The notes: generated from the letters alone by a model not told the origin. A stretch of DNA of 64,000 bases from Schmidtea polychroa (GCA_044892525.1 CM097885.1:184636001-184700000); one strand, 5' to 3'. Numbered from the stretch's first letter, positions 48,476 to 62,495 are shown. Numbers and translations: made by a program.

Positions 48476-51400
48476 CTGTTGAGTGTGAGCAGTATCCATA
48501 GGGGGAAAAAATTTTTTGTCGGATAGACTAGGAGTATATATAATAATAATAATAATATATTTTGAAAATAAATAATAAGAAATTTGAAAATAATTTTGAA
48601 AATGATAATAAATTTATTTTATAAATAAAATAAGAATTTTGAAGAAAATAATCATGAAAATATTGAAAATCGTGAAAATTATGAAAATGTTCCTGAAAAT
48701 GTTGAAAATCGTGAAAATATTGAAAATGATGAAAATGTTGAAAATGATGAAAATGATGAAAACGTTAAAAATTATGAATTATGAATTATGAAGTAAATAA
48801 TAATAAAACATCAAAAATAAAATAATAAAAATTTCGCAAAAAATAATAATAATAGTAATAATTATAATAACAATAATATTGATAAAAAAACTTTGAAAAT
48901 AATACTTTGAAAAATATTCGATGAAAAGTTCCTGAAATAATCATGAAAATGTTGAAAATCGTGAAAATTATGAAAATGTTAAAAATTATTAAAATAATCA
49001 TGCAAATGATGAAAATGTTGAAAATCATGTAATTGACGTAGAAATTAGGTTTTATGAATATTTAAGTAAATAATAATAATGAAACTTCTAAATTAAANNN
49101 NNNNNNNNNNNNNNNNNNNNNNNNNNNNNNNNNNNNNNNNNNNNNNNNNNNNNNNNNNNNNNNNNNNNNNNNNNNNNNNNNNNNNNNNNNNNNNNNNNNN
49201 NNNNNNNNNNNNNNNNNNNNNNNNNNNNNNAGACTACAGATCTCAACACAATGACTCCAATAAATGACTTAAAAAAATAAATAGATAAATAAAAATAAAT
49301 ATAAATATGTTATATTTAATGTGGTTGCGCGTATAAGTTAAGAACAAACTCTTTTCTCTTTTTACAAAAATGTATTTAATAATTTACAAAATTATTTACA
49401 ATTAAGGTGTAAAGAATACAAGCAAACGGATTTATTATTCCCTACTGTTTACCACAGCCTGCAAGAGATCGATGGCTCCTGTGTAGCACAACGATCGCTA
49501 AATAAATTGGAAGGATGATGGTGAAGTAAGAGGCCTGATTTTGGGGCTACCAGGTAACACGAAAGCCGCTATCTGTGCTTTGTGTTCGCTTTTTTTAATT
49601 CACTTCACAAGGATAATAATTTATCCTTACACAACACGAATAATGAACTCTTATTACCTTTTCTAAATTAATGGCTCCTTCTTTTTCTGTCACAAATCTG
49701 TTCCAATTATTCTCTAGAGATTTTCTTACTGACTTTTGTTTATTCTGTTTGGCAATTTATAGACAATTTTTCAACTTTGAAATTGATCCTAAATTTGAAT
49801 CGGAATTTCGTCTGGTGCGATGAAATATTCAAATTTAATTTGAACTGTTGACAAATTCCTTGAATCAATTATACTAAACACAGTGATTCTTTAATCACGT
49901 TTTCTTTAAAATGATAATAATTTTGCAAGTGCTTCTTTTCGATTTTAACGACCTCAATTGATCGTCCAAATTATTGTCTCAATGTTTTATCGTCCCTTGG
50001 TTCTCGTTTTGAACCAGTATTTATATTATATTTTAATTATTTATTATATTAATGGCAATTTTATAATTACTATATATAGTAATAGCAATATCAAATATTA
50101 CTATATACTACTTAATTCTAATTATAGTAATTATTTAACTCTATATTTTATTTTCGGTAATTCTTTATTATTTTATTTATACCATTTCTAAATATAGTAA
50201 TTCTTTATTTATTTTACAGTCAAGGCNNNNNNNNNNNNNNNNNNNNNNNNNNNNNNNNNNNNNNNNNNNNNNNNNNNNNNNNNNNNNNNNNNNNNNNNNN
50301 NNNNNNNNNNNNNNNNNNNNNNNNNNNNNNNNNNNNNNNNNNNNNNNNNNNNNNNNNNNNNNNNNNTTATTTCAAAAATACACTGAATGAGATTCATCGA
50401 TTATGACACCACAACTCTGACAACTCTACTACAGTTTTTCAAACATAAGGAACAAATAATTATATGACCTTGAAAATATTAATATTTTGAAAAATAATAA
50501 TATGACCTTGAAAACAATAATATTTTGAAAAATAATAATATGACCTTGAAAATAATAAAATAATAATATGACCTTGAAAATAATAATATTTTGAAAAAAA
50601 TAATATGACCTTGAAAACAATAATAGTTTGAAAATAATGATATGACCTTGAAAATAATAATATTTTGAAAAATAATAATATTATTTTGAAAAATAATAAT
50701 ATGATATTGAAAATAATAATATTTTGAAAAATAATAATATGATATTGAAAATAATAATATTTTGAAAAATAATAATATGACCTTGAAAAAAATAATATTT
50801 TGAAAAATAATAATATGAGCTTGAAAATAATAAAATAATAATTATAAAGTTATAATAATGTTATAATTATAATAAAAATATTATTAAAACAAATTATAAC
50901 GTTAATTTGTTTGAGGAGCTCCTAAAAAATAATAATTAATGTATAAGTAAGGATTTCAGCATATAATCAAACATGCACAACATCATCCCATTATTTAATA
51001 CAAATTACAAAACGCCTCACACTGGGAATTAGTGTTGACAAAATATGTAACAATACTAAATTTGGTTATTGTATTGGTATTACACTGCAATCGAGGCTCA
51101 CAAATTTAGCACATTTTCCACATGCAGTACATCGCCTTTGAGTATCATTTTTTTCTACAAGATGATCTTTGCCATCAAATCTGGTCACTTCCGGAACTTG
51201 TTTCTTCGTTTTAGAGCGAACTCCTCGTTTCTTTTCCACATGTGTCTGTTAAAATTCAAGAGAGAAATATTCTTGTCAAATAACGATACAAGTTTCAAAG
51301 ATTTACCCATTGAAAGAAAAATGAAACAATTGCCAATACCATTTCTTTGACCTAATTCTAATTCGGTAAAGGCCTCTCAATTTGTTTAAAAAAAATCAGC

Positions 51401-54400
51401 CCCTCCTATTCATTTGTTGTACAACTTCACAATAATGGGTTATGGTATATTTCTATGCTTTCATTCCGGTTTCTTCCATCGCTTGCAGTTTCCTACTTCA
51501 AAAATTGATTCTTCTTTCATATTTGTAACCATGATTACTTGATTATTATCATTCCACCTAATAAGAGTTATTCCACTTTCTTTTTCTTAAACTTCACAAT
51601 AAGCACCTCGATCCGCTTTACTTATATCTTGTAAAGGAGCTTTCTCAATCCAATTACTTCTAATGGTTCCAATACAAAATATATTACAACTCAGAAGTGT
51701 TTCCATCAATAAGAGGGAAGTAAAGTAGTTATCCATATAACTACAAGATCCCTGAGGTACAAAGTTTATGCAAAGTCTTTATTTCTCTTAGATCTTATCT
51801 CCTGCACCGGTACAGGGATAAAATTTGACTAAATTATATTAAGACACCATAGATTGAATCCGTAGCGAATTGGCTTTCATCTTATAAATTGCTTCGTGGC
51901 CATAATGAAGTTCTATTGCTTCATCAATAGAGAGAACGCTGCCTTTTGGCTCTACGAATTCACTAAACTTGTTATTCAGATGACCTAATAGAGGCCTAAG
52001 ATTATAAAGTTTGTCACTAACATTCATTTTCATGTTATCATTTATTAGTAAAATTTGATGAATCTTTTCAAATCTATTTCTATTCATGGCTTGGCCAACT
52101 ACATAGTTATTCTCATCAGGCCGAGTCTCCCAGTACATTCTTCTGAATGGTAGTTTATTATACCCTGACAAAAGAAGGACTCCAAAATATTTGTAGAGAT
52201 TTTCAACTGATAAAGTAAATGTTGGCTCACCTTTCTCGGTGACATATTTGACTAAATCCTTACATATGTGACTCATTATATCTTCAGTAAAGAATGATTT
52301 GAAGAGATCAATGGGCTTACTATTACTGTCCCTCAAAATTGTTATTATGGAAGACTGCATTATTTGATAGACATTCAAACTTTATGTTGTTTTTTTAGTA
52401 CTCTAGGAATCCACTTATGGTGGTGTTTCTTTTCCCGTATACATTGTGTTTTTGAATACTGATGGGAACCTACTACGATTTCGGCGTCTAGATCAAGATC
52501 TCTTCTATCATTTTTAGTAAGAACTTGAACCTTTGCGCCTTCGGAATGTACATATGTCTAAAAGATTTTATGAAGACTTCAGCGTCACTTGCAGCATCAT
52601 CTTTATCTGAATATTCACTATTATTTGGTGGAAGCATGATAAATTCNNNNNNNNNNNNNNNNNNNNNNNNNNNNNNNNNNNNNNNNNNNNNNNNNNNNNN
52701 NNNNNNNNNNNNNNNNNNNNNNNNNNNNNNNNNNNNNNNNNNNNNNNNNNNNNNNNNNNNNNNNNNNNNNNNNNNNNNNNNNNNNNNNNNNNNNNNNNNN
52801 NNNNNNNNNNNNNNNNNNNNNNNNNNNNNNNNNNNNNNNNNNTCGCTCCGGCTCGCGCGCGCCGGTTGTTAAATTAATTAAATTGCCAAACAAAAATTTA
52901 AAACTAGCCGTTAATTACTTATTTTGATGGTAGTAGGCTTTGATATTGGAATTTGTGTTATATATAGTTTTGTATTGCTATTACAATTTACATAGTCTTT
53001 CATATTAGGCTGGAATGTATTAATGTGTACACGTTTTAGTTTAATAAAATAAAATTAATAGCTAGCTAGTTTAATATACAAATATTATAACTAAATTTAC
53101 AATTTCTAATAGGTAAGTAATAATTATTATTAAAATATATTAAAACAAATTAGGAATACTAATTTTATGTAAATTATAGTGATTTACCCAAAATGAAGAG
53201 AAAACAGGGAAATTTATTGTCGTTTTTTGCTCCGCAGCCTACAATGACTGAAAAAACAATTGGCAACAGATTAAACAATTCTGCAGTTACACAAATAAAC
53301 TCAAATATCATAACACCTGATTTTAACGAACATATTGAAGAAACATCTGTTGTAACTGTAGAAATCGAGGAAGATTTATTTTCAAATATTAATACCCAAT
53401 TGCCTGATTGTTGGAATGAAAGCAAGTAAGTTTATTTACAGAACAATATAAATGGCTGATAATAAAAGATGGCAAATTAGGATGTAAAGATTGTTCGCAA
53501 ATTAAATGTTTAGCAACTGAGACAGAAAAAAGTACATGTTTCTAAGGAATAGATTTCGTGTTCCATAACTCCAAATGGAACTAAAAAAGATAGTAGACAG
53601 GCTTCTCTTCGCAAAAAAATTAAAGAACATTCCTTATCTAACGCACACTTGAAAATTCAGGATATTATGAAACAGGCAGTGGTGTGCTGGAGCCGGCTCG
53701 CTCCGACTCGCGCGAGCCGGTTGTTACGGATTTACCAGCACCCCCTGTATATATACAATTGTAAGAACAATAAGAATATATATACAATGACACTAACAAT
53801 TGATGTCGACAGTTTATTAAATATGGGTAAGTTTACAAAAAGTGAACATCCCAGTGATGTTCACTAATTTTTGTTTCTCAATTTCTTTGCATATTCTTTC
53901 AAATTTCGATGACTCCTGGTCTCATTCTCCCTTTATGAATCATTGTTTTCCTTTTTATACCATTGTTGAGTTTTTAATTAGATAAATATTAACGTCGGTG
54001 TTTCTCACTCCGCGTGTTCTCTAAAAACAATTAGATAAACACTCAACGTATATTTGTATTCGAATTCGTATAATCTACAATTTACAAAACTCTGAATATC
54101 GCAATAAAATGCCTATTCTGGCTATTCAATATGCTTTGTTGTAACCAGTTTGGTTCTGCATATTCACTACCAATAATAACCTCTTTTCATTACTCCTTTG
54201 ATCTATCTCGATTCTTTTATTTTCCTTTCCGTTAATTCTATCTTCTGACTTTAATTTTTGCTTTAATTCTACTGTCGAATTATTCGTCCTTACTTGAGGC
54301 AAAATGCCGACTGTTTCTGAGTTTCAGCTTCCTTAAAAAATTGAATATAATTGATTAATAGCATTTCGACTAGATCGTCCCCTTGATAAACTTTACCTTG

Positions 54401-54979
54401 CAGCTTTTTCATCTTTTCTCCTGCGAAAGAAATAATTAATTGTCTCACTGTGCGTCTCCCTTGTGTTAATCATCTTCCCGTTTTAGCATTACTCATGTTG
54501 TCATGATATTGGTTTTCCAAAATCCATTTTGCTTACTTTTTTTCTGTTTACTTAACTCAGGTTTTCCTTAATTAATTAATTGACGATTTTCTGTTTTAGT
54601 ACGCTTTCTAGCATTTCGACCCTTTATGAACATTTTCTGATGGAAGCGTTCTCGCCATGATCTTTCCGATCATTTCCTTTACATCTAACCCGTTTTCAAA
54701 TTTTAATTCGATGACTTCTTACTATTCAATTTTCGATATTTCTTTTTTAATTATTTGGAAATTTTTAATTTAAGAACTCCAACACCATTATATGTGAAAC
54801 AATTGCGAACTAAATCCCACACTATTACGATAATAATCATTGGTAAATCATTGGAAATTATTTTTTATTAGTGACTTCCAAGACATCGTTAATTGTCGAT
54901 TAGAGGTACCTGAACTTTTAATAAAATATTATCCCTATTTGACCAACCACCACTGTTTTCGGCAATCTCGTTTTCGTTA

Positions 54980-55331
54980 GAAAAACAAAAATTATGTGAA
55001 AAACTTAAAAATTTCGTGACCTACATAAAAATACTATTATAATCATTTAATAATTATTTCATTTTCAGGAATCCTCAACAAATATAAAGTCGTAATCAAG
55101 TTTTTGAAATATTATAATAAAGATGACCTTATTATTTTATTAATGCAATTCTGTCAACCGAATTGGCTTGGTTGGCTTGTAAGAGCACTTAGAATTTATT
55201 TTCAATATTACTGCCACGCTCTATTGGTAGATAATAATTTTAGATAATAATAGTAAGTAATAATTTATTAATAGGCTTTTATCAAAATTATCATCAAAAT
55301 GGAATCCATTGATAGCGCTTTAAATCAAAAA
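54980..55331 (+). repeat. Inverted copy of the MFS upstream region and first ~11 codons
   Basis: Matches the reverse complement of ~56822-57180, including ATGGAATCCATTGATAGCG. Confidence 0.9.
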
Positions 55332-55458
55332 TGTTTACATTGAAAACTGATTGTAACTTTTATGCAATAATTTTATTACAAGATTTAAACAAAAGAAACT
55401 AATATGATTTATTGCAAATAAATTTTTATTAAAATTAAACTAAAAAGTAAAATTTGTT

Positions 55459-56853
55459 TTAACTTTTGGCGGTTTCATTTAAGTTTCTATCTTTGGTTTC
55501 ATATGGAAGCAGAAAGCTCACACAAAAGCATATAAAGTTAACTCCCAATATGATCATTAAACCGATTAACATTGAATACTTATAAATTACTATATTCACT
55601 ATAAATGGGGATAGGACCATACCAATCCTTCCAGCTGCGCTACAAATTCCCATTCCTAAGCACCGCACGGACGTAGGAAATATCTCAGATGCGTACATAA
55701 TGATTAGGTTGATATTCATACTAGCGATTCCTCTAATAATAAATAGCAAAATATTCAACTGCAAAGAATTTAAACAAAAATTCAAAAGAAAAATTCCAGT
55801 GGCAATGAGAAATAAAAAAATCGGAAGAGTTTTCTTTCGGCCAATAAAATTGATGAGAATTAAATAAAATGGAATGAAAATCATTTCCGCAGATGCTGAT
55901 ACGAGAATATTTTTATAGTTTTCAAAACTCAATTTCATGCAGCAAGAATCATCGATCGCAGTGCTATTTTGATGGCTTAGGACGGTGGAGAATTGATTCC
56001 AATTTTGTAGGCATCTGTGAGGAACATTGGCAATTATCGGAATTACTAGAATGACGCTGAAGTAAGTAAAGTAATTGACCAATGAAATTATGGAAACAAG
56101 AATTGTTGTTGAATAATAATTTGGATGTATTAAATCTTTGATATTGGATTTGGTGACTGGCGGTTCATGGATATCTTTGATCGTTTCGGCTCTGTTCCAT
56201 TCAGCAACAATGTTCATCACTCTCAAGCAATCTGATTTGCCTTTATTTAACATCAAATATCTCGGTGACTCAGGAACTGGAATTAGAAATCCGGTTAGGA
56301 TAATTATTATAATTGAGGGTATCAATACGAAAATCCTCCAACCGAATCTAGGAATGATAATGTACGCCAGCAAGGTTTCTATTTGGCAACCAAATCCAAT
56401 AATTACCACATTGACCGCAATAAAAATGACTCTATCTTTCATTGGAGACCATTCAAAAAAGAAGGCCAAAGCTGTTATTGGTAAACTTGCACAAAATATT
56501 CCAATAATGAATTGAAAAACTGTCAGCCAGTAAATATCCTGAGAAATAGCTGACAAAAATATGCAATAACAATATAAACAATTCGATAGAATCAACACAG
56601 TTTTTCTTCCATATTTATCACTAAATTTCCCGAGAGTTAAACTTCCTATTATCATTCCAGAAAAAATAATTGTGTTTAAAGTAAATACTTCTATCGCACT
56701 CATCTTCCAATAGCAACTGAGAACCGGACCGAGAAAAGTAAAAGTAACCAATTGAAAATCGAATATTCCCGAATGGCATGCCATTAGTATCGCTAAATAT
56801 ACATGGAACCTGCCAAATCCGATTTGATTTAAAACGCTATCAATGGATTCCAT
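55459..56853 (-). CDS. Major facilitator superfamily transporter, SV2/SVOP-like, intronless
   Basis: 464 aa, ~12 hydrophobic segments, GFGRFH, SDKYGRK, PESPRYL, GRK, EIFPTSVR..G, LPYETKDR. Confidence 0.92.
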   Translation of the reverse strand: MESIDSVLNQIGFGRFHVYLAILMACHSGIFDFQLVTFTFLGPVLSCYWKMSAIEVFTLNTIIFSGMIIGSLTLGKFSDKYGRKTVLILSNCLYCYCIFLSAISQDIYWLTVFQFIIGIFCASLPITALAFFFEWSPMKDRVIFIAVNVVIIGFGCQIETLLAYIIIPRFGWRIFVLIPSIIIIILTGFLIPVPESPRYLMLNKGKSDCLRVMNIVAEWNRAETIKDIHEPPVTKSNIKDLIHPNYYSTTILVSIISLVNYFTYFSVILVIPIIANVPHRCLQNWNQFSTVLSHQNSTAIDDSCCMKLSFENYKNILVSASAEMIFIPFYLILINFIGRKKTLPIFLFLIATGIFLLNFCLNSLQLNILLFIIRGIASMNINLIIMYASEIFPTSVRCLGMGICSAAGRIGMVLSPFIVNIVIYKYSMLIGLMIILGVNFICFCVSFLLPYETKDRNLNETAKS

Positions 56854-58450
56854 TTTGATGATAATTTTGATAAAAGCCTATTATTAAATTATTATTTACT
56901 ATTATTATCTACCAATAGAGTGTGGCAGTAATATTGAAAATAAATTCTAAGTGCTATTACAAGCCAACCAAGCCAATTCGGTTGACAGAATTGCATTCAT
57001 AAAATAATTAAGTCATCTTTATTATAATATTTCAAGAATTTGATTACGACTTTATATTTGTTGAGGATTCCTGAAAATGAAATAATAGTATTATATAATA
57101 GTAAATAATAGTAAAATGAAATTAATAGTATTTTTATGTAGGTCATGAAATTTTTAATTTTTTCAAAATATTTCTGTTTTTTCAAAGATTTTTTATGTAC
57201 TTTACGTCATATTGATCATATTTCAAGTAGGTCAAATCCTCGTAAAAACATAGTCCCCACTCGCACAATAAATATAAAATAAATTTTATTAAATAAATAA
57301 GTAGGTCATACAGTTTTAATAACTAAATAAAATTCATCTCCACTGGCACACTATTGAAATTATTCATGTCAAGACAATAAATAACATCTCTATATAAATA
57401 TCTACTTTAAAACATTTTCCTCTGGAACATTCTATATGTAATATGTAGGTCAAATCAATGAATAAAATCTTTTATTTAAATATTATTGGTTTTATATTGA
57501 GTGTTCCTGACACAGTATTTCAGCTATCAATGGCCCATTTCGAAGAGATTTTCTCAGAGTACCCGAATTTCTATTGTGATGATCCAAGGTATTACAGGGG
57601 TGTTAGTAGTGAATAGTAAGGACTCCAGGACACTTTCAAGGTCATCCCAATGTCCAGATCAAATATAGGTCAATCGAATCATTTTTTTTTAATTAACATT
57701 TTATTTAATTACTTCTTTTTAATTTTTTTTTTTTTTTTTTTTTTTTTTTCATTTTAATTTTATTAATTAATTATTTTATTATGTTTTATTTTAATTTATT
57801 ACATTTAATTAATTTATTAGTTTATTAATATTTTATNNNNNNNNNNNNNNNNNNNNNNNNNNNNNNNNNNNNNNNNNNNNNNNNNNNNNNNNNNNNNNNN
57901 NNNNNNNNNNNNNNNNNNNNNNNNNNNNNNNNNNNNNNNNNNNNNNNNNNNNNNNNNNNNNNNNNNNNNNNNNNNNNNNNNTTNNNNNNNNNNNNNNNNN
58001 NNNNNNNNNNNNNNNNNNNNNNNNNNNNNNNNNNNNNNNNNNNNNNNNNNNNNNNNNNNNNNNNNNNNNNNNNNNNNNNNNNNNNNNNNNNNNNNNNNNN
58101 NNNNNNNNNNNNNNNNNNNNNNNNNNNNNNNACAAGAGGTAAATTATAACGATAATATTTCAATTTGAATAAAATTTTAATTAGTAATTATTCAATTTGA
58201 ATAAATTTTAATTAGAAATTATTTAATTTATTATAAAATAAAACGCTGAGTTAATTTTAGATAAACTGGATATTAATATTTCGGAAAAAATAAATAAATA
58301 AATAAAATAAACACAAAAATAATATTATTTACTTGAAACTAATTATCTAAATTAATTGGACAAATGAATAATTAAATGATAAAACACATTTTAATTAACT
58401 AAGTCAAACAATTCACAATATATATTTTATTATTCACATAAATTTAATTG

Positions 58451-61400
58451 TTAAAGTGCTTGTTTCGATTTGCATTCATTTCTAGACATAGCAGTTGCAA
58501 TATGCATTTGGCGAATCTTATAGTGACCGTAGGCATAACTTTCATTACAATTGTACCAATACCTTTTATCGTCCAAACATTGGAGAGCTCGTTTTTCTGT
58601 CATGAAAGTATACAACTGATGATTGACACTTCCTATTCTTTTTTGTGGGATGCTCACTGTTCCACCATCAGTATACACTTTTTTATAGGCTTCATGTGTA
58701 AGATTAGAGTTTGTAAGTCTTATTCCTTTGGCTTTTAGAGTGTTTTTATCGCCTTGGAGTGAGTAGCACTTGGGTCGAAGAAACACCCATTCTTTATATT
58801 GATTTCCTTTATTCTCATCCTTGAATTTCCCGATTACCGAACAAATTTTATCTGAGAACAATGGATCAGTCACTGGATAATTTGAAGTATCTAGGAGCCC
58901 ATCGGCAATCATTTTTGGATATAGTTGTAAGCGTAAATCTACATTTTTACACTCTAAAAAGAAGGAATCTGTGTCACCGGCTACGATATTAATTTGACAA
59001 TTGAATTCTTCTCTATAACTCTGTAGTTCTTTATATTGAAACTGGTACATGCGAAGTTTGGATAAATCAAGTACGGTTTGTCCAATATACATTGGTCTAT
59101 CTAAACACACAATTTCCTTATTGAGTATAACAGCAATGAGATCATCCGCAATCTTGATGCTACGACGAAACATAGGATTACTACAATAAGTTATCAATCT
59201 TTTGCTTTTGCTGCATAATCTCAAATTTATACGTTTCTTCAAGTTTTCCACAGTTTTACCGTATAAACTGTTGTTCTTTAACTTATAATAATCTCGCTGA
59301 AACGAATCTGTACTAGCTGCTCTCATTTTGGTATTGTAATCAATATAACCTTTGAAAATAGCCACTTGCTTGAATTCTACAGCACGATTAACTTTTGTGA
59401 CTTTTGCGCCGTAACTCAACCACTCTGTCAAAACTCTACCATTAACTACATAGTTTTTCTTAGGCTCATGAGTTAACAACAGCTTTTCAACTTTACTACC
59501 AGGTGGATAACAAAGCTCAGGAGCTATAGGTAAATCATCTAGTTTATCTTGTATACTATCAGGAATGACGATGTCAACCTCTAGAACATATCCAAGATCT
59601 CCATCAAACTTATCCCCATTTGCACATCTTTCAACAATACCATTCATTTCAGTCTGATCATTTATCCATCTAAATTCACCAACAGGAAGTTTTTGCGACA
59701 GCGCCCATCCATATAAATTATTAACATCTAGGTATGACATTTGTGTTGATTCATCAGCTTCAACATGATGTTTGTTGATAAATGTCATTCCACCACGAAT
59801 ACCAGCTTCAAATAAACGGTAAAGCTCTGGATCTTGAATAAGTTCTACTGGTTCAGGTAACTGTTTAATAGCTGATGCCCAACTTAATCCGGGTATGGAA
59901 ACAAACGATAGAGCCTCAAGTCCATCTTCGTCAAATGTTTTTTCTCTGAAAGCTTCAAAAACATCGGCCAACAGAAAAACATCCAACTTGAGATATACTA
60001 GCATGTAATCTAGCAGTGTCTCACAGTTGTATTGTCGCCAGATTCGATTTGCATGTATATAATCTTCTTGACTAACTCCCTCCCAAATCGGTGGTAATTC
60101 TGTTATTGACTGTAAAACATCCATTGATGTAGCCATATCATAAGGAAATATGCCTTTACCAGTTATTAAATGCGAATTGAAAATCTTTGAAGTAAGTGGA
60201 AGACGTGGCAAGTTTTTTGATAAATTTGCCAAGCTGCTATTTAAAAATTGTAAAGAATCAATGAATCTAATTCTTCTGCCTTTCGATGTCGCTGTAAGTG
60301 TGAGAAACTTTTCTGTTGATTGAGGAATAACAATTAAATTCCAATCGGGGAATTTTCCAATTGCATATTTTAATATATGATGAATGTCATATCCACGAAG
60401 ATTATGAAATACAACAGGTAAAGACGGATTGATTCTTCTAGCCAAATTACAATCTTGACACGCTGCTCCGAGATATTGACCGGTAAAATGATCATGATCC
60501 CGAACAGGTATATTGATAATTTTTTTACAAAGGTAGCAATGAGTTTGATTCGTAAATTCTTCCTGCTGTTCCCAAGTGAGTTCCATCATTTCCTTCGATC
60601 CATTAATTTTATACCACGGATAAACTATGTCTGTAGCTATATCATCCAATGCTTGTATAAACTGAATGATACAGTTTTTCCCAACAAATGTTTCATTTCG
60701 AATCGGACAACCTTGATGAAGAAGCACAAATTCAGATGCAATCGGCTCATGTTTTTGGAAGTGCTTGTCATCTAGAGGTAATATTGATTCAAAGTCCGCG
60801 TAGACAACAAACTGCTGTTTTATAGTTTTACTCCAGTCTTTAAATTCGATATATTTATTCTCTGGCATTGAGTATAGAGTCGTCCGCTCCACATTCTTCC
60901 TACAAAGACCTATATGTCTTTCAAAAGCAGGACGTTTTTGAAACCCATGAAGACACGTATGACACCAATGTGATTGGATTCTGACTCCTTCTACTCTATC
61001 TCTGTAATTGAGCAGTCGATCGAGATTAGTTACAGCCAAAAAATGATAATTTAATTCTAAAATTTAGTTAATATTTTTAATGATTAAAAGAAATATTACC
61101 TTCTTCAATCAATAAGAGATATAATTGACATCCCGTCGAAGTACTTCTATATACCAAGTCAACGAACGGATTCTTGAAAATATCATTAGTTTTTTGTTTA
61201 ATTGGATCTTTATTATATTTGAGAACATTGATCGCTAGATTAGGATTCATTGCCTCAAATTGGCAAATGTTAACCAACTTCATTGGAAACCAATCTGATT
61301 TCCATTTTAACTCTAAATATATATATTTTTAGAATGATATAAATATATATTACCACTTAAATTATATTTCATTACTCTTTCTCTGTGATGTTTTATGTCA

Positions 61401-62423
61401 TCATAATGTAATACGGCCAGTATGCTATATAAAAAGCAGAATTGATCATTATTTTGAACATTAACTAAAGCCTGGCAGTTTTTCAGGTAATTTGGCGTTT
61501 TAATGTAACTTGAACCTAAGTAAATATCTTGATTTATATATATAATAATGTAAATAAACTTACCAGATACATGTATTATGTCTGATAATTTAGTTAAAAT
61601 CATAGTAACTTCTAATATTTTATGAATTCTCCACCCACTACTTTGTTGAGTGTATTTCTCCAACTTTTCTTTTAATTTTTCAATTCCATCATTAATAAAT
61701 GAAGATGACATTGTAATTGCTTTATTCGACAAACACCATTTTTTAATTTCACCATCCTCTTTGATAAACTCTGCACAAAGTCCAAATTGGATTTTTACTG
61801 TACCCATTCGTTGAATATGATCTTCTATTTCTCTGATGAGACAATCTGGAACAACAATGTCAGGAGAATTAATTGCAGATACATCGCTTGTCAATTCAAC
61901 ACGAGAACCATTTAAGTCAGACTCCCGACGTGGACACAATTGTATGTTAGAGTCTCCATTTCCGTAAAATATTGACTTTCGTTTTGTGGTGCCAGAGTTT
62001 TGTCTAACTATATTTATAATTAATATTAAACAACTTAAATAACATAACTTGTAACATATTCTTTAATCTGCTTAGGATCGTATGATGTATTCATTTTCGG
62101 TTGTACTATAAAAAATTAATAATTGTTAATAGTAGAAAGAGTATTACTTTTAGTGATCATCCTGCTCTTCGTTTCTTCGAATCTTCTAAGATGGTGTCCG
62201 TGTTGTCGTACAAACATTAACCACCTACCTGGTGATATAATGAGACATTCCGGACATATGTAACCCGATAAGGTAGAGTCATTTATCTTGAAATATGATG
62301 TAACTGATTTACAGTTCTCCACATCTTCATGACTTTCGGCAATACAAAATTTATATAAACTGCATCCGTTCACTAAAAGAAAATAATCATTAATATTAGA
62401 TAGAGAATAAAAAATTATTCACT
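58451..62423 (-). CDS. Polinton/virus-type protein-primed DNA polymerase B with endonuclease VII-like insert; predicted 7 exons, 1235 aa
   Basis: VYADFES, FHNLRGYD, LDVFLL, DVNNLYG, KLKNNSLYGK, GDTDS, CYLC..RDHDHFTG..GAACQDCN all intact. Predicted GT-AG introns 62373-62422, 62106-62147, 62008-62048, 61516-61563, 61313-61353, 61057-61099 join the ORFs into one frame (3708 nt). Confidence 0.9.
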
Positions 62424-62495
62424 TATATAAGTTAAATTAAAAGTTTAAATGACAAACATTTGAAAAGTTACTGCTTATATATTACACATGATTAA

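Larger units (their letters stand above)
45111..54758. repeat. Right arm of giant inverted duplication (contains the hAT insertion)
   Basis: Mirror of 37806-44071; few substitutions and small repeat-length indels. Confidence 0.9.

Noticed and set aside
9258-58163. ORFs containing X runs and short antisense ORFs over pol, env, RT, transposase, MFS and PolB
   Set aside because: Artefacts of N gaps or shadow frames of real coding sequence.
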